Part shown: positions 1 to 9,459 of the stretch, one piece after another
Layout of the letters: the number at the start of each line of letters is the position of its first letter
Numbering within the stretch: the first letter of the stretch is position 1
Source: Candidatus Kaiserbacteria bacterium RIFCSPHIGHO2_01_FULL_53_31
GTDB taxonomy: Bacteria; Patescibacteriota; Minisyncoccia; Phycocordibacterales; Phycocordibacteraceae
Assembly: GCA_001781095.1 (NCBI GenBank)
Contig: MFKU01000005.1
Coordinates: forward strand, 3,651-67,650
Length of the DNA: 64,000 nt
Direction: 5' to 3'
Program-made: the position numbers and the translations under genes
Notes under the pieces: generated by a model
Seen by the model: only the letters and a program-made list of their open reading frames with translations
Told to the model about the DNA's origin: nothing
The model's database searches: none

Positions 1-3
1 TTC

Positions 4-432
4 ATGGTCGCGTACGTTGTCGGCAAGTATGAGCTAGATCCACTTTCAGCACGCGGTTTCTGTTCGCTTGCGGGCATCATCGTCTTTGTCCGGGTGGCGT
101 TGGAGCTCTACCGGCGCAAGGGAATAACATTCGAGGACTGGGGCGACCACTGTATCCACGACAAGAAGATTTTTCCAGCGGGCTGGCTTCACGGCCTGTT
201 CGCGGTTATGGCAATCTGGGTCATGCTGCAAGTCTATCTTGGCTGGACAACGCCGCCCGTGTCCAAAACAGACCTGCTCATCTTTTCAGGTCTGTTGACA
301 CCGCTCTTTGTTCTCATGATCGTTAAGCTTAGTGACCGATGGGTATTCGATGTTTTCGCGAAGAAGCAGATCGCGATCTCGATCATCGGCCTGTGGATCA
401 TCACGGGCATCCGACTTGCACTCATGGGCTGA
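4..432 (+). CDS. membrane protein, 5' end outside window (partial)
   Basis: ORF runs to the window edge; multiple hydrophobic helices; no recognisable motif. Confidence 0.4.
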   Translation: MVAYVVGKYELDPLSARGFCSLAGIIVFVRVALELYRRKGITFEDWGDHCIHDKKIFPAGWLHGLFAVMAIWVMLQVYLGWTTPPVSKTDLLIFSGLLTPLFVLMIVKLSDRWVFDVFAKKQIAISIIGLWIITGIRLALMG

Positions 433-508
433 GTCGATCTTTCTGTGGGCGGTCTTGCGAAAGCGAGACCGCCCCGTGTCATTTTGTAGTATCATTTATT
501 CTATACCT

Positions 509-1252
509 ATGCGAATCAGTTTCGTCATACCGGCATATAACGAGGAGAAACATCTACCCCAATGTCTCGCTTCGGTTGAACGCGAGCTTGCGCGTGTGCC
601 GTGCGACGCTGAAGTTATCGTCGTGAATAATGCGAGCACTGATCATACGGGCGAAATCGCGCGCGCACATGTCTGGGTGCGCGTCGTCGACGAGCCACGA
701 AAGGGTCTCGTACGCGCGCGCCATGCTGGATTCACAAACGCCACTGGAGAACTCATTGCGAATATCGATTCAGATACTATGTTGCCGGAAGGGTGGCTTG
801 AGACGGTGCTTGCAGAATTTGGGCGCGACGACGAGCTTGCCGCACTCTCTGGCCCGCACGTGTACTATGACCTGCCAGCATTCCAGCAGATGCTCGTGCG
901 CCTTTTTTATACACTCGGGTATCTCTCACATCTCATAAGTCATCACGTGTTCCGCACGGGTGCGATGCTCCAGGGAGGCAATTTCATCGTTCGTCGGAAG
1001 CATCTCGAACAGGCAGGCGGCTTCGACACCTCGATCGAGTTCTATGGCGAGGACACTGATATTGCTCGGCGCATCAGCAAGGTAGGGAAGGTGCGGTGGA
1101 CATTTCGTCTGCCGATCTACGCATCGGGTCGGCGGCTTGCGTATGAGGGCATTGTGACAACGGGCCTGCGCTACGCGATGCATTACGTCTACACGCTCGT
1201 CCGCGGCAAGCCGCTCGCGGTCGCATACACCGACATTCGAGATGTTAGCTAG
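509..1252 (+). CDS. family 2 glycosyltransferase
   Basis: N-terminus MRISFVIPAYNEE...VIVVNNASTD, the classic GT-A/GT2 fold start, and a DxD region; start chosen at the in-frame ATG at 509 rather than the ORF-track Met at 332. Confidence 0.8.
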   Translation: MRISFVIPAYNEEKHLPQCLASVERELARVPCDAEVIVVNNASTDHTGEIARAHVWVRVVDEPRKGLVRARHAGFTNATGELIANIDSDTMLPEGWLETVLAEFGRDDELAALSGPHVYYDLPAFQQMLVRLFYTLGYLSHLISHHVFRTGAMLQGGNFIVRRKHLEQAGGFDTSIEFYGEDTDIARRISKVGKVRWTFRLPIYASGRRLAYEGIVTTGLRYAMHYVYTLVRGKPLAVAYTDIRDVS

Positions 1253-1258
1253 TAAAGC

Positions 1259-2332
1259 CTATCTTCCCCGCCCGTAAAATTTCTTGAGAAGCGCAACGTG
1301 CTCAGCATAGGAGTCAGAGCAGTGAAAATAGCCGGAGTCGTCGTGGAAATAATACATGCATGAGGTGTTTTTCGGGTTGAGTGCAGCGACAACCGCAGCA
1401 ACGGACGGGCTTGCAATCGGCGTCGGCGGCAATCCCGAGTGCAGGTAGGTGTTATACGCTGACTTCCGGTATCGGTCATTCGGCACGACCTTCGGCCACC
1501 AGGTTCCTGCCGCGGGACTGCTTGCTTTTGCGTATTGAAGTGTCGCATCGATCTGCAAATTCATATTAAGAAAAAGTCGATTCCAGATAATGCCTGAGAT
1601 GATGCGCATGTCCTCTGACCCGCCGGCTTCGCGTTCGATGAGGGAGGCGACGGTTAACGCTTGTGCGAGCGGCACCACTTGCTCGGTCGATGTTCCGTAA
1701 TGCGAAAGAATGTTTTGATAAAAACGATCATTCACAAGCGATTGCGCTGCAGCAGGTGTTGTGCCGGTTGTCACAAAATAGACGCCAGCCGCAAATGACC
1801 CTTCTGAGAGTGGAAGTGTCGAGTCCTCTTTTGCAGTGAGGAATGTCTGTCGCTCTGTCTTATTCCAGCCCAGCTGTTTTCCGAATGCACTTGCGACTTG
1901 TTCTTTCCGCATGCCGGGCTCGATGGTGACAAATCTACCTGGTACTGTCGCGATACTCTGATACCACGGTGCTTCCGAAATCGATGTTGCTATCAAAGTG
2001 AGTACGCGTCCGAAGATGCTTCCGGTATTTCCGGCCGCTGCTTGCAGTGGGGAGTTTTCTCCATCAAGAAATAAATTCACCTCCTCGTCTTCGATGATCG
2101 TCTTGTTCTTCGGATTAACAGTGACAGGGAATGGCTGGGTCACAGCAGAAGCGCTCTGGTCCTGCGTGTGCTCGACGATACGGCCGAGAACGGTCGGCAG
2201 TGCAATCACGATGGTGAGAGACAGCATGCCATAAAGCATGGCTCCTCCAATAATTGCGACTACACGTCGTTCATCTCGTTTCCGGTCAGACGGATCGGGA
2301 TGACTAGCAGGCGAGCGCCTTAAGAAATTCAT
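1259..2332 (-). CDS. mltG: endolytic murein transglycosylase MltG/YceG-like
   Basis: N-terminal TM helix; conserved YceG motifs LIEREAG, IISGIIWNRL, YNTYLHSGLPPTPIASP, and C-terminal YYFH...HCSDSYAEH. Confidence 0.75.
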   Translation of the reverse strand: MNFLRRSPASHPDPSDRKRDERRVVAIIGGAMLYGMLSLTIVIALPTVLGRIVEHTQDQSASAVTQPFPVTVNPKNKTIIEDEEVNLFLDGENSPLQAAAGNTGSIFGRVLTLIATSISEAPWYQSIATVPGRFVTIEPGMRKEQVASAFGKQLGWNKTERQTFLTAKEDSTLPLSEGSFAAGVYFVTTGTTPAAAQSLVNDRFYQNILSHYGTSTEQVVPLAQALTVASLIEREAGGSEDMRIISGIIWNRLFLNMNLQIDATLQYAKASSPAAGTWWPKVVPNDRYRKSAYNTYLHSGLPPTPIASPSVAAVVAALNPKNTSCMYYFHDDSGYFHCSDSYAEHVALLKKFYGRGR

Positions 2333-2403
2333 TATAGTTCATAATAGCTGAGTCAGAGCGGATCGGCAAAGCACGATATATTTACAGAGTTTAACGGCGT
2401 ACA

Positions 2404-5400
2404 TCAGTTCGGCCAACTCCCGTTGCAATCGCCGACCAGCGTGCTTGAGAAGTTTAGCGTCTGTGACGCCGAATCAAAAGTGAGAGAATCGGGCGACAAC
2501 GATGTCAGCCGCCATTTCGTGGTATCGGCGATTTCACCCATATTGCCGACCGTATATTTGAGCACGTGGATCGCGTCATTTATATCGACCGTGTCATCAT
2601 CACTCGTGTCACACGCATAGTTGATAAAGTCCTGGAATTGAGGCTGCGGCACCGTGGATACCTCTTTCCCTACCGCAAGAAACAGAACAGCTACCGCATC
2701 TAAAATATCAATTGAATCGGAAGCACCAGCATATGTTGCACTCGCGGCATACGTACCGGCAGGGATGTTCGTCATGGAGTAATAGCCAAGCACATCGGTA
2801 GTAGCTGAAGCGACAAGGGTGGAGTCCGACGGGTTAATGAGCCGAACCGTCGCTCCGGAGATCCCCTTGCTTGAGGGTCCAGAATACTTGATAGTGCCGG
2901 AGAGCGTTGCGAGTGTGCTATCAGGTCCCGCCACAAAAGGAGTCGATACACAAAGAGCGGGATCATTGGGTAGTATGTCGGCCCTCGCATCAGGACAGAA
3001 TACGAGTGTATGTGCGCCCGGAGAGACCGAGATGAACCGGTTAGAAGGAACGGTAATGGTTCGTGATTCTCCAGCGGTCATAGGATCTACGAGTGCGGTA
3101 TAGAATCCTGGAGGAAGTCCGCGATCGTCGCCGTAGATACAATAATCCGCTGTTTTGTCCATGCAGAAGCGAGCCGTGAAGCTCTTCGTAATTGCAGGCC
3201 CAAGATTCTCGATGACGCCTGAGTAACCTATTGGTTGGTGGTCGGAGTCATAGGTGACGACTGGCGCCTGCGCTCTGATACTTGTAGTCGAAATGATAAA
3301 TGAATTGTCATTAGATACTATTTCGTTACCCTTATAATCCGTTGACTGGGCACGATAATGGTAGGTTATGTTCGGTTTCAGGTTATTGATGGCTATGGAA
3401 TGGTTAAGGACTAATGTAGGGTTTGGCGTCATGAGAGCAGAACTTCCATATGTCGAATCTCTGCCGTACTCAACCTGAGTATTGGCAACCTGGTTCGTGT
3501 TCCAAGAGACGGTAACGCTTGATGGGCTTAGCACGGCATAAGAGACATTCGAAATACGGGGAATATCTAAGAATCTTACTACGTTAAAATGCGCGAGCCC
3601 TGGAGGGATAGGGAATCTAGCCACGTTTTTCTGCAGCGATCCATCATAGGCCAGAATGTTGTAAAAATGTGCACCTTCCGTCGGATAGACAATCGACGGA
3701 GAATTGCATGATTCAGTCTGCCGATAAGGCGGGTTAAAGACACAGTCGGTGTCAGTGCCGCTCACGGTGATTCTCATTTTGCTGATGCCGTTTGTATCGG
3801 TACTCGTTGCGGACACAAAAATCGGAACGCCGGTCACGTCCAGCCACTCGAGAGAGGGATTCACTCCTACGGCATTTATCGTCGGGGGTGCGCTATCTGA
3901 GTTCGCGGACCTTTCTGCAACAGAAGCCGTCGTTACCATGTTCGTCGAATCCCAGACGGTTAAGACGAGCGTAAATGTTCCCGGTCCCGGAACAGAAATA
4001 AAGGGCGGCGGAATCACGGCATACGAACCGCTCAACACCCCTGCTTCGTTCACGGTGATACTCGGGCATGTTGTGCTGCAATTTACAATGCCCCATCTGA
4101 AGCTGGCCAAATCGCCATTTACGTCTGATGCCGTCGCACCCTCGTGCATAAAGTAGCTGGTGTCTATCACATCGGGAGCTCCCGTAATTACATGCGGTGC
4201 AGTAGCGGCGGGCGGGGCTGAGTTTAAGGCGACCTGAAACGTGATTTTATCCGTTGCGACACTCGTAATGGGACCAACCGTGACTCTGTGTATCGGATCA
4301 TAAAACACACGTACACCGTCATGAGTTTGTGTGAGTGCAACCTGATCTCTGTCAACGCCGTCCCGAGAACTGCTCACGTCGTATCCGGGGCTCATATCCA
4401 ATTGCGGATACGCAATCGAGCCGTCAGGATTTGTATATTTCTGATAGATAAATATACCGTCAAGGTTTGCTCGCGGGTCGCGTATGTTCCCTCGCCAATC
4501 GGTCCACGGATACTCAGGGTACGATTCGCCCGGATACGCTAGTCTGGAATCTACCCCGATAGGTTGGCGATATTCAATATAATAGGTCGGTACTGACTGA
4601 CCGGGCAGAGTTATCTTTGCAGCGACCTTGCCCGTGGATGCTTGTGCGGGCATGATCTCAAGAGGACTTATTTGATAGGTACCCGACTGTGTGATATTGA
4701 GCAATGAATCTCGATCAAGCCAGCCGAACGTCTCCTTGAAGAATGCATTCGAATGCATTCCCCATAAGTATCCCGGCGAAGAAAGAAAATCGAAATTATT
4801 TGCATTTTCTCGAATTGAGCAGCCGGAGTTAGATGCAACGATACCTGGGGGACAGTCGAGTATGCTCGCATGTGCCGGATTGAGTGCGACTGTTGCAGTG
4901 CCGAACGTATGCCCGAGCTCGTGCTCGAGCGAGTAACCAAGCGACTGCGTAAATGCCGTCTGGATGGAATAGTTTTGTCCGCCAGAAGAGAGAGGAAGAG
5001 CGGATTCGTGGGGACTTGTACCTTGAACGCCGGATTGGTGATAAAAAAAACAATCATTCGTCTGGTCGGTAGTTCCTTGCTGCGCGATGATTATGACACG
5101 ATCATATTGAGCAATATCAATTTGCTTGGCGGTGATGGAGGATTGGATTTCAGCAGGTGAAGGGTATTCGCACACGCCGCTCACAACGGCGTTTCTGGGT
5201 AGCCGTTCCCAGGGATATACAAGGCCTGTTAGGGTTACTTTTCCATATGATATTTCTCGGTAAAAATTACTCACCTCGCCGCTGAATATCGCATTTGTGG
5301 CCTGCTCTACCGTGAATGTCCGCCGAGGATTCCCAGTCCCATCGACTGGAGAATCTGTGAAATCATAGAGAAGAACGGCGACTTTCGCCGTACCCACGGT

Positions 5401-5508
5401 CGTCGGGATAATACTAATGACAGGAGCAGAAGTAAGGGCAGAAGTGATAACAGGAGACAGTATTATCGCAGCACCCAGTATAATCACTAATTTCGTACCG
5501 TTACTCAT
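2404..5508 (-). CDS. large secreted zinc metalloprotease (HExxH) with FN3/PAP-N-like, carboxypeptidase-regulatory-like and dockerin-like C-terminal domains
   Basis: Signal peptide; HELGHTFG motif; N-terminal DFTD...FYREISYG and YIEYRQPIG motifs shared with the paralog at 5630; ...GATVRLINPSD...GYY...IPAGTY (CarboxypepD_reg-like); C-terminal DAVAVL...DINDAIHVLKY dockerin-like repeats. Confidence 0.7.
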   Translation of the reverse strand: MSNGTKLVIILGAAIILSPVITSALTSAPVISIIPTTVGTAKVAVLLYDFTDSPVDGTGNPRRTFTVEQATNAIFSGEVSNFYREISYGKVTLTGLVYPWERLPRNAVVSGVCEYPSPAEIQSSITAKQIDIAQYDRVIIIAQQGTTDQTNDCFFYHQSGVQGTSPHESALPLSSGGQNYSIQTAFTQSLGYSLEHELGHTFGTATVALNPAHASILDCPPGIVASNSGCSIRENANNFDFLSSPGYLWGMHSNAFFKETFGWLDRDSLLNITQSGTYQISPLEIMPAQASTGKVAAKITLPGQSVPTYYIEYRQPIGVDSRLAYPGESYPEYPWTDWRGNIRDPRANLDGIFIYQKYTNPDGSIAYPQLDMSPGYDVSSSRDGVDRDQVALTQTHDGVRVFYDPIHRVTVGPITSVATDKITFQVALNSAPPAATAPHVITGAPDVIDTSYFMHEGATASDVNGDLASFRWGIVNCSTTCPSITVNEAGVLSGSYAVIPPPFISVPGPGTFTLVLTVWDSTNMVTTASVAERSANSDSAPPTINAVGVNPSLEWLDVTGVPIFVSATSTDTNGISKMRITVSGTDTDCVFNPPYRQTESCNSPSIVYPTEGAHFYNILAYDGSLQKNVARFPIPPGLAHFNVVRFLDIPRISNVSYAVLSPSSVTVSWNTNQVANTQVEYGRDSTYGSSALMTPNPTLVLNHSIAINNLKPNITYHYRAQSTDYKGNEIVSNDNSFIISTTSIRAQAPVVTYDSDHQPIGYSGVIENLGPAITKSFTARFCMDKTADYCIYGDDRGLPPGFYTALVDPMTAGESRTITVPSNRFISVSPGAHTLVFCPDARADILPNDPALCVSTPFVAGPDSTLATLSGTIKYSGPSSKGISGATVRLINPSDSTLVASATTDVLGYYSMTNIPAGTYAASATYAGASDSIDILDAVAVLFLAVGKEVSTVPQPQFQDFINYACDTSDDDTVDINDAIHVLKYTVGNMGEIADTTKWRLTSLSPDSLTFDSASQTLNFSSTLVGDCNGSWPN

Positions 5509-5629
5509 GACCTTATTTTAGATAATCATTTCGTTCATCTCAACTCTTACAATACAGGAAATAACGCACGGATATAGGAATATGCACAATTCTACTAGAC
5601 AGCGGAAATGTGTAGTATCATAGGTATAA

Positions 5630-6694
5630 ATGAGAAAGATCCTCACAGTAGGGACTATTTTTGTAAGTGGCATCGCAGTGGCAACCCTCCTCGCTGTAGT
5701 TTTCTTCAGTCTTTTCAGGCCAGTGAGTTATGCCCAAACCTCTCCGGATGTGAAAGATGACCAGAAAATGCTTGTTATTTTGGCAAATTTTAAGGATACA
5801 ACCGTACTCTCTCCAAATCCCGAACAGGTTCTAAAAACAATGGATCTCGTCAACCAGTTTTATCAAGAAAATTCCTACTATAATGCGGCTATTGACCGCG
5901 GCATCAAAGTAACCGGCGTGAAGAATCCCGACCGAGGGGCCGACGTTGTTGGCGTATACACACTCCCGATTTCCAACGACTGTTCGTTTAGCCCAGTAGC
6001 AGGTGCCGCCATAAGTGCCGCTAACAATGATGTTGATCTGACGCAATACACTGGTGTCGTGATTCTGGCGCCGTTCAATTGTCCGTGGTCAGGAACAGAT
6101 TTCCCCGTTACTCTGCAATTTGCTGCGAAAAATGGTCCGGTGAGTTTATTCGTCAATGAAGCGGGGCTCCCTTCACCGTATACGGACGCCCAGATCGAGC
6201 CCAGCGCACAAACAATTGCTCACGAAATCGGACACGCACTTGGACTTGGACATGCAGACATGCTCGATTGCGGCGATGTCGCTCTTGCCGGCACTTGTAC
6301 AGATGTACCCTATCTCGGATATTTCGGAATCATGGGTTATACCGTGACTGACATCGACGCTATCCAGAGAGAGGTGCTTGGTTGGTTGAGTTCCTCAAAC
6401 ATTCAGACGGTAACATCAAGCGGCCGGTACACAATCGAACCTCTTGAGACTGCGAGCAACGGAGTAAAAGTATTAAAAATCCCGCGTGTAACCTCAAAAA
6501 TAAAAACGCAGTATACAGTCGATGGAAGTACTGAGACTTGCGATTCTGCAGTCTCAACGGCTTGCAAATATCCCTATTTCTACATCGAATATCGACAACC
6601 GATCGGCTTTGACACGCGGTTACCGTCCAAAATCTTTACCGGTGCGCTTGTTCATATAGGTCCTGGGGGCCCTACGGCCCTGCCAAATCCTTAA
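5630..6694 (+). CDS. secreted metzincin-like zinc metalloprotease domain protein (paralog of the 2404..5508 N-terminus)
   Basis: Signal peptide; HEIGHALGLGH (HExxHxxGxxH); shares NFKD...FYQENSY and YFYIEYRQPIGFDTRL blocks with the large paralog; its stop overlaps the next start (TAATG). Confidence 0.65.
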   Translation: MRKILTVGTIFVSGIAVATLLAVVFFSLFRPVSYAQTSPDVKDDQKMLVILANFKDTTVLSPNPEQVLKTMDLVNQFYQENSYYNAAIDRGIKVTGVKNPDRGADVVGVYTLPISNDCSFSPVAGAAISAANNDVDLTQYTGVVILAPFNCPWSGTDFPVTLQFAAKNGPVSLFVNEAGLPSPYTDAQIEPSAQTIAHEIGHALGLGHADMLDCGDVALAGTCTDVPYLGYFGIMGYTVTDIDAIQREVLGWLSSSNIQTVTSSGRYTIEPLETASNGVKVLKIPRVTSKIKTQYTVDGSTETCDSAVSTACKYPYFYIEYRQPIGFDTRLPSKIFTGALVHIGPGGPTALPNP

Positions 6695-8178
6695 TGCCTG
6701 AGTCTCTACTGGTCGTGACGAAACCGGCTCCCGGCAGTAGTAGAGACATTGTCGCGAAACCTAGTCTATATGCTACCCTTCAAGAAGGCCAAACGCTTTC
6801 CGATCCAGATACAGGGAATACCATATCAGTCGTTTCCGCTTCATTCAATACTCTCGTTGTCGATGTAAAAGTCGCGGGAAGATCTGCAGCAATTACTTCC
6901 CCTTATCATGGCGAGACGGTGTCAGGAACTTTTGCTCCCGTTGTTTCAATTGTCGACCCCGATCAGGAAGTCGATACAATAAACTACACAGTTACTAGTG
7001 GTACTCGTTCTATTACCGCTTCATCCTCTGTGTACCCATATTCAGCAACAATAAATACAATAGGATTCCCCGATGGGCCCGCGCGGTTGAGCGTAACCGC
7101 AACATATAAAACGCCAGATCTTTCCGGCAAGACAACAGCAAGTAGCTATATCCTTATCTCAGTTAAAAACGCCGCCACGTCTAGACTTACCCTGGGCTTC
7201 GGAGGTACTGGTAACGGATCTATATCGACTGGTCAAACGAGTTACAGCCAATATACCAATTTGAATTTCAGCACGGGTTCTCAGATAATAATCAAGGCAG
7301 TGCCTGCGTGGGGATCAACATTTATGGGCTGGGTGTCCCCGAGCTCTCCACAATGCGATCCTCATGATCAAACATGTTCACTCACCGTACGTGGTGACAC
7401 CTACGTCACCGCGTCTTTTGCGCTTAGTCCCACCCTCACGGTTACCCCTCCTACGGGTGGTTCGATATCTTCAAATGATGCGCGAATCTTTTGCGGCTCA
7501 CTCTGCAGCGCCAGTTATCCAAATGTAAACTTTTACTTCCCGCCAACTATAACTCTGACCGCCATTCCTGATGCAAACCACGATTTTGTCAAATGGAACG
7601 GTGATTGTGCCCTCATACAGTCGAATACGTGCACACTAAAGATGACAAGCAAACATAGCGTTTCTGCATCATTCGGACTGAGGACCGGTGCATCCTCTTT
7701 GAGCGGGACAATAACCTATGCGGGATTATCGCATGCCGCGATACCCAAAGCGACCGTTAACCTAGTCAGCAGTGCAAGCAGTCACGCTGTCCTTTCGGTT
7801 ACTGCAGATTCAACTGGCACCTATACGTTCAACAATGTACCCGCGGGAACCTATACAGTAGGTGTCTCGTCGCCCTCGCTCTCCACGGCCAATATGGTGG
7901 ACATGACTGATGCAGTCGCTGTCTTAAAAGACACGATCCGCGATACGCCCTTCTCCCTCATTCCAGAGGCATGCGATATAAACCAGGACGCCTTCACCGA
8001 TCTTAATGATGCCATTTCTATACTTCGCTACGCAATCGGTAACGTGAATCCAAACATAGGTGCATGGGTTTTTGTGCCGCAAGGAGCGAATCCGATTACG
8101 CTCGCTGCCGGGGGTTCCAAGACGCTTAACTTTATGGGCTACATTCGCGGTGATTGCAGCGGCGATTGGAGGCCCTAA
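6694..8178 (+). CDS. secreted repeat protein with InlB-B-repeat-like modules, CarboxypepD_reg-like domain and dockerin-like C-terminus (paralog of the 2404..5508 C-terminus)
   Basis: GWVSPSSPQCD...C and KWNGDC...C repeat modules; GTITYAG...ATVNLVS...GTYTFNNVPAGTYTV; C-terminal DAVAVLKD...CDINQDAFTDLNDAISILRYAIGN. Confidence 0.55.
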   Translation: MPESLLVVTKPAPGSSRDIVAKPSLYATLQEGQTLSDPDTGNTISVVSASFNTLVVDVKVAGRSAAITSPYHGETVSGTFAPVVSIVDPDQEVDTINYTVTSGTRSITASSSVYPYSATINTIGFPDGPARLSVTATYKTPDLSGKTTASSYILISVKNAATSRLTLGFGGTGNGSISTGQTSYSQYTNLNFSTGSQIIIKAVPAWGSTFMGWVSPSSPQCDPHDQTCSLTVRGDTYVTASFALSPTLTVTPPTGGSISSNDARIFCGSLCSASYPNVNFYFPPTITLTAIPDANHDFVKWNGDCALIQSNTCTLKMTSKHSVSASFGLRTGASSLSGTITYAGLSHAAIPKATVNLVSSASSHAVLSVTADSTGTYTFNNVPAGTYTVGVSSPSLSTANMVDMTDAVAVLKDTIRDTPFSLIPEACDINQDAFTDLNDAISILRYAIGNVNPNIGAWVFVPQGANPITLAAGGSKTLNFMGYIRGDCSGDWRP

Positions 8179-8187
8179 AACAACAGG

Positions 8188-8218
8188 CCGCCCAAAGAGG
8201 AACGGCTCTGTTGGGCGG
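8188..8218 (-). terminator. palindromic hairpin (CCGCCC-AAAGAG-gaacgg-CTCTGT-TGGGCGG) with a T-run on the minus strand; member of a repeated element family
   Basis: Inverted repeat seen directly; minus-strand hairpin followed by TTGTTTTAGGG; related copies at 18603 and 23491. Confidence 0.4.
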
Positions 8219-8241
8219 CGGAATTCGAACCGGGCTGTAGC

Positions 8242-8367
8242 TTAGCTGTGATGGAAGAATACCAACCGCCACAGTCCAACTGCGCCGCAGACGATGACAA
8301 TCAGCGTTATTGCGGCAGGAACGTAGCGGCGCAGAGCGCTTTCTCGTTCACCGCAAAGGTACTTCAT
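8242..8367 (-). CDS. possible 41-aa single-TM small protein (MKYLCGERESALRRYVPAAITLIVIVCGAVGLWRLVFFHHS)
   Basis: ORF below the track cutoff; GGAG about 12 nt upstream; hydrophobic core; followed by the hairpin at 8188. Confidence 0.3.
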   Translation of the reverse strand: MKYLCGERESALRRYVPAAITLIVIVCGAVGLWRLVFFHHS

Positions 8368-8456
8368 TTCCATCCGCTGTCTCCTTCCGAGTGGGCATTC
8401 CTATTGAGAAATTAATACCAAGCGTGTTGAAAGTCAATCCCCTGTTACCTGTATGA

Positions 8457-9158
8457 TTATTCCCCAATCCGCCGATCGCGCTCTGAATACGTTTTCAAAA
8501 CGCCAAGAAATTCCTGTCGCGTAAATGCCGGCCAATACGTGTCAAGAAAGAAAAGTTCGCTATACACGCCCTGCCACGGCAGGAAATTGGAAAGACGCTT
8601 CTCGCCGCCCGTGCGAATGATGAGGTCTGGATCGGGAGTAGTGCCAGTCCAGAGATGTGTAGAGAATTCTTTTTCCGTGATTGGCACCTTCGTTCCCTCC
8701 GAAACTATGGTCTGTACTGCCCGCAGAATCTCTGACCGCCCACCATAAGAGAGGGCAATAATGACGGTCATTGTTGGTTCGGGCGGGTTGGTGGCCTCTA
8801 GATCACGAATCCCACAGACAATGTCTGCTCCAAATCGGTCAATATCGCCGGCAAATCGAATAGCCTCATTCTCATTTGCATTCCGCAGTTCGCGTGCCTC
8901 CGACAAGAGCAAGGTCTTGATAATCGTAGTGAGGTATGAGACTTCCTCGGCGGACCGCCTCCAATTCTCTGTTGAAAAGGCATACAAGATCACATACTTG
9001 ATACCTGCGTCTCGACACCAAGCGACGAGCTCTTTTGCTTTTTCGTACCCAAGCTGATGTCCTCGCGATGTCGATAGCCCGCGCTCACGAGCAAAACGGC
9101 GATTGCCGTCCATAATAATCCCGACGCACTCAGGAACGCGTGTTGGTGAGGCTTTCAT
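8457..9158 (-). CDS. uppS: undecaprenyl diphosphate synthase
   Basis: IIMDGNRRFA...FSTENWRR...LIIRTGGEKRLSNFLPWQ signature blocks. Confidence 0.9.
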   Translation of the reverse strand: MKASPTRVPECVGIIMDGNRRFARERGLSTSRGHQLGYEKAKELVAWCRDAGIKYVILYAFSTENWRRSAEEVSYLTTIIKTLLLSEARELRNANENEAIRFAGDIDRFGADIVCGIRDLEATNPPEPTMTVIIALSYGGRSEILRAVQTIVSEGTKVPITEKEFSTHLWTGTTPDPDLIIRTGGEKRLSNFLPWQGVYSELFFLDTYWPAFTRQEFLGVLKTYSERDRRIGE

Positions 9159-9259
9159 TTCTTAATATAACTACAAAAGTGCTCAAAGTGTAGCAGATAA
9201 AAAACGAACCTCGAGATACGTTTGCCGACACACAGTCCCTCCTCAAGGTAGTCTAAAAC

Positions 9260-9298
9260 GGCCGGGGAGGTGGCACGTTTCGTGCTGCCTCCCCGGCC
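9260..9298. promoter_or_regulatory. GC-rich nested hairpin (GGCCGGGGAGG...CCTCCCCGGCC) in the uppS/response-regulator intergenic region
   Basis: 11-bp perfect stem with an inner GCACG-TTT-CGTGC stem; function unknown. Confidence 0.3.
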
Positions 9299-9459
9299 AT
9301 TCACATATTAAGTTGTCGCATATGACGTGCGCGTTATAGTTAGTACTTGCCTCACCATCTAAGCAGACGTGGCATGAAATAAGCATGAATGAACGCGTTC
9401 ATGATATATTCATGATGCATATCCTATAAATTTAATGGTGCTCGTGCATACAAATAAAT

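Noticed and set aside
8219-8240. GGAATTCGAACCGGG tRNA-like fragment / weak copy of the GTTCGAACC motif
   Set aside because: No cloverleaf; lacks the ATGTTC part of the repeat; kept only as a note.
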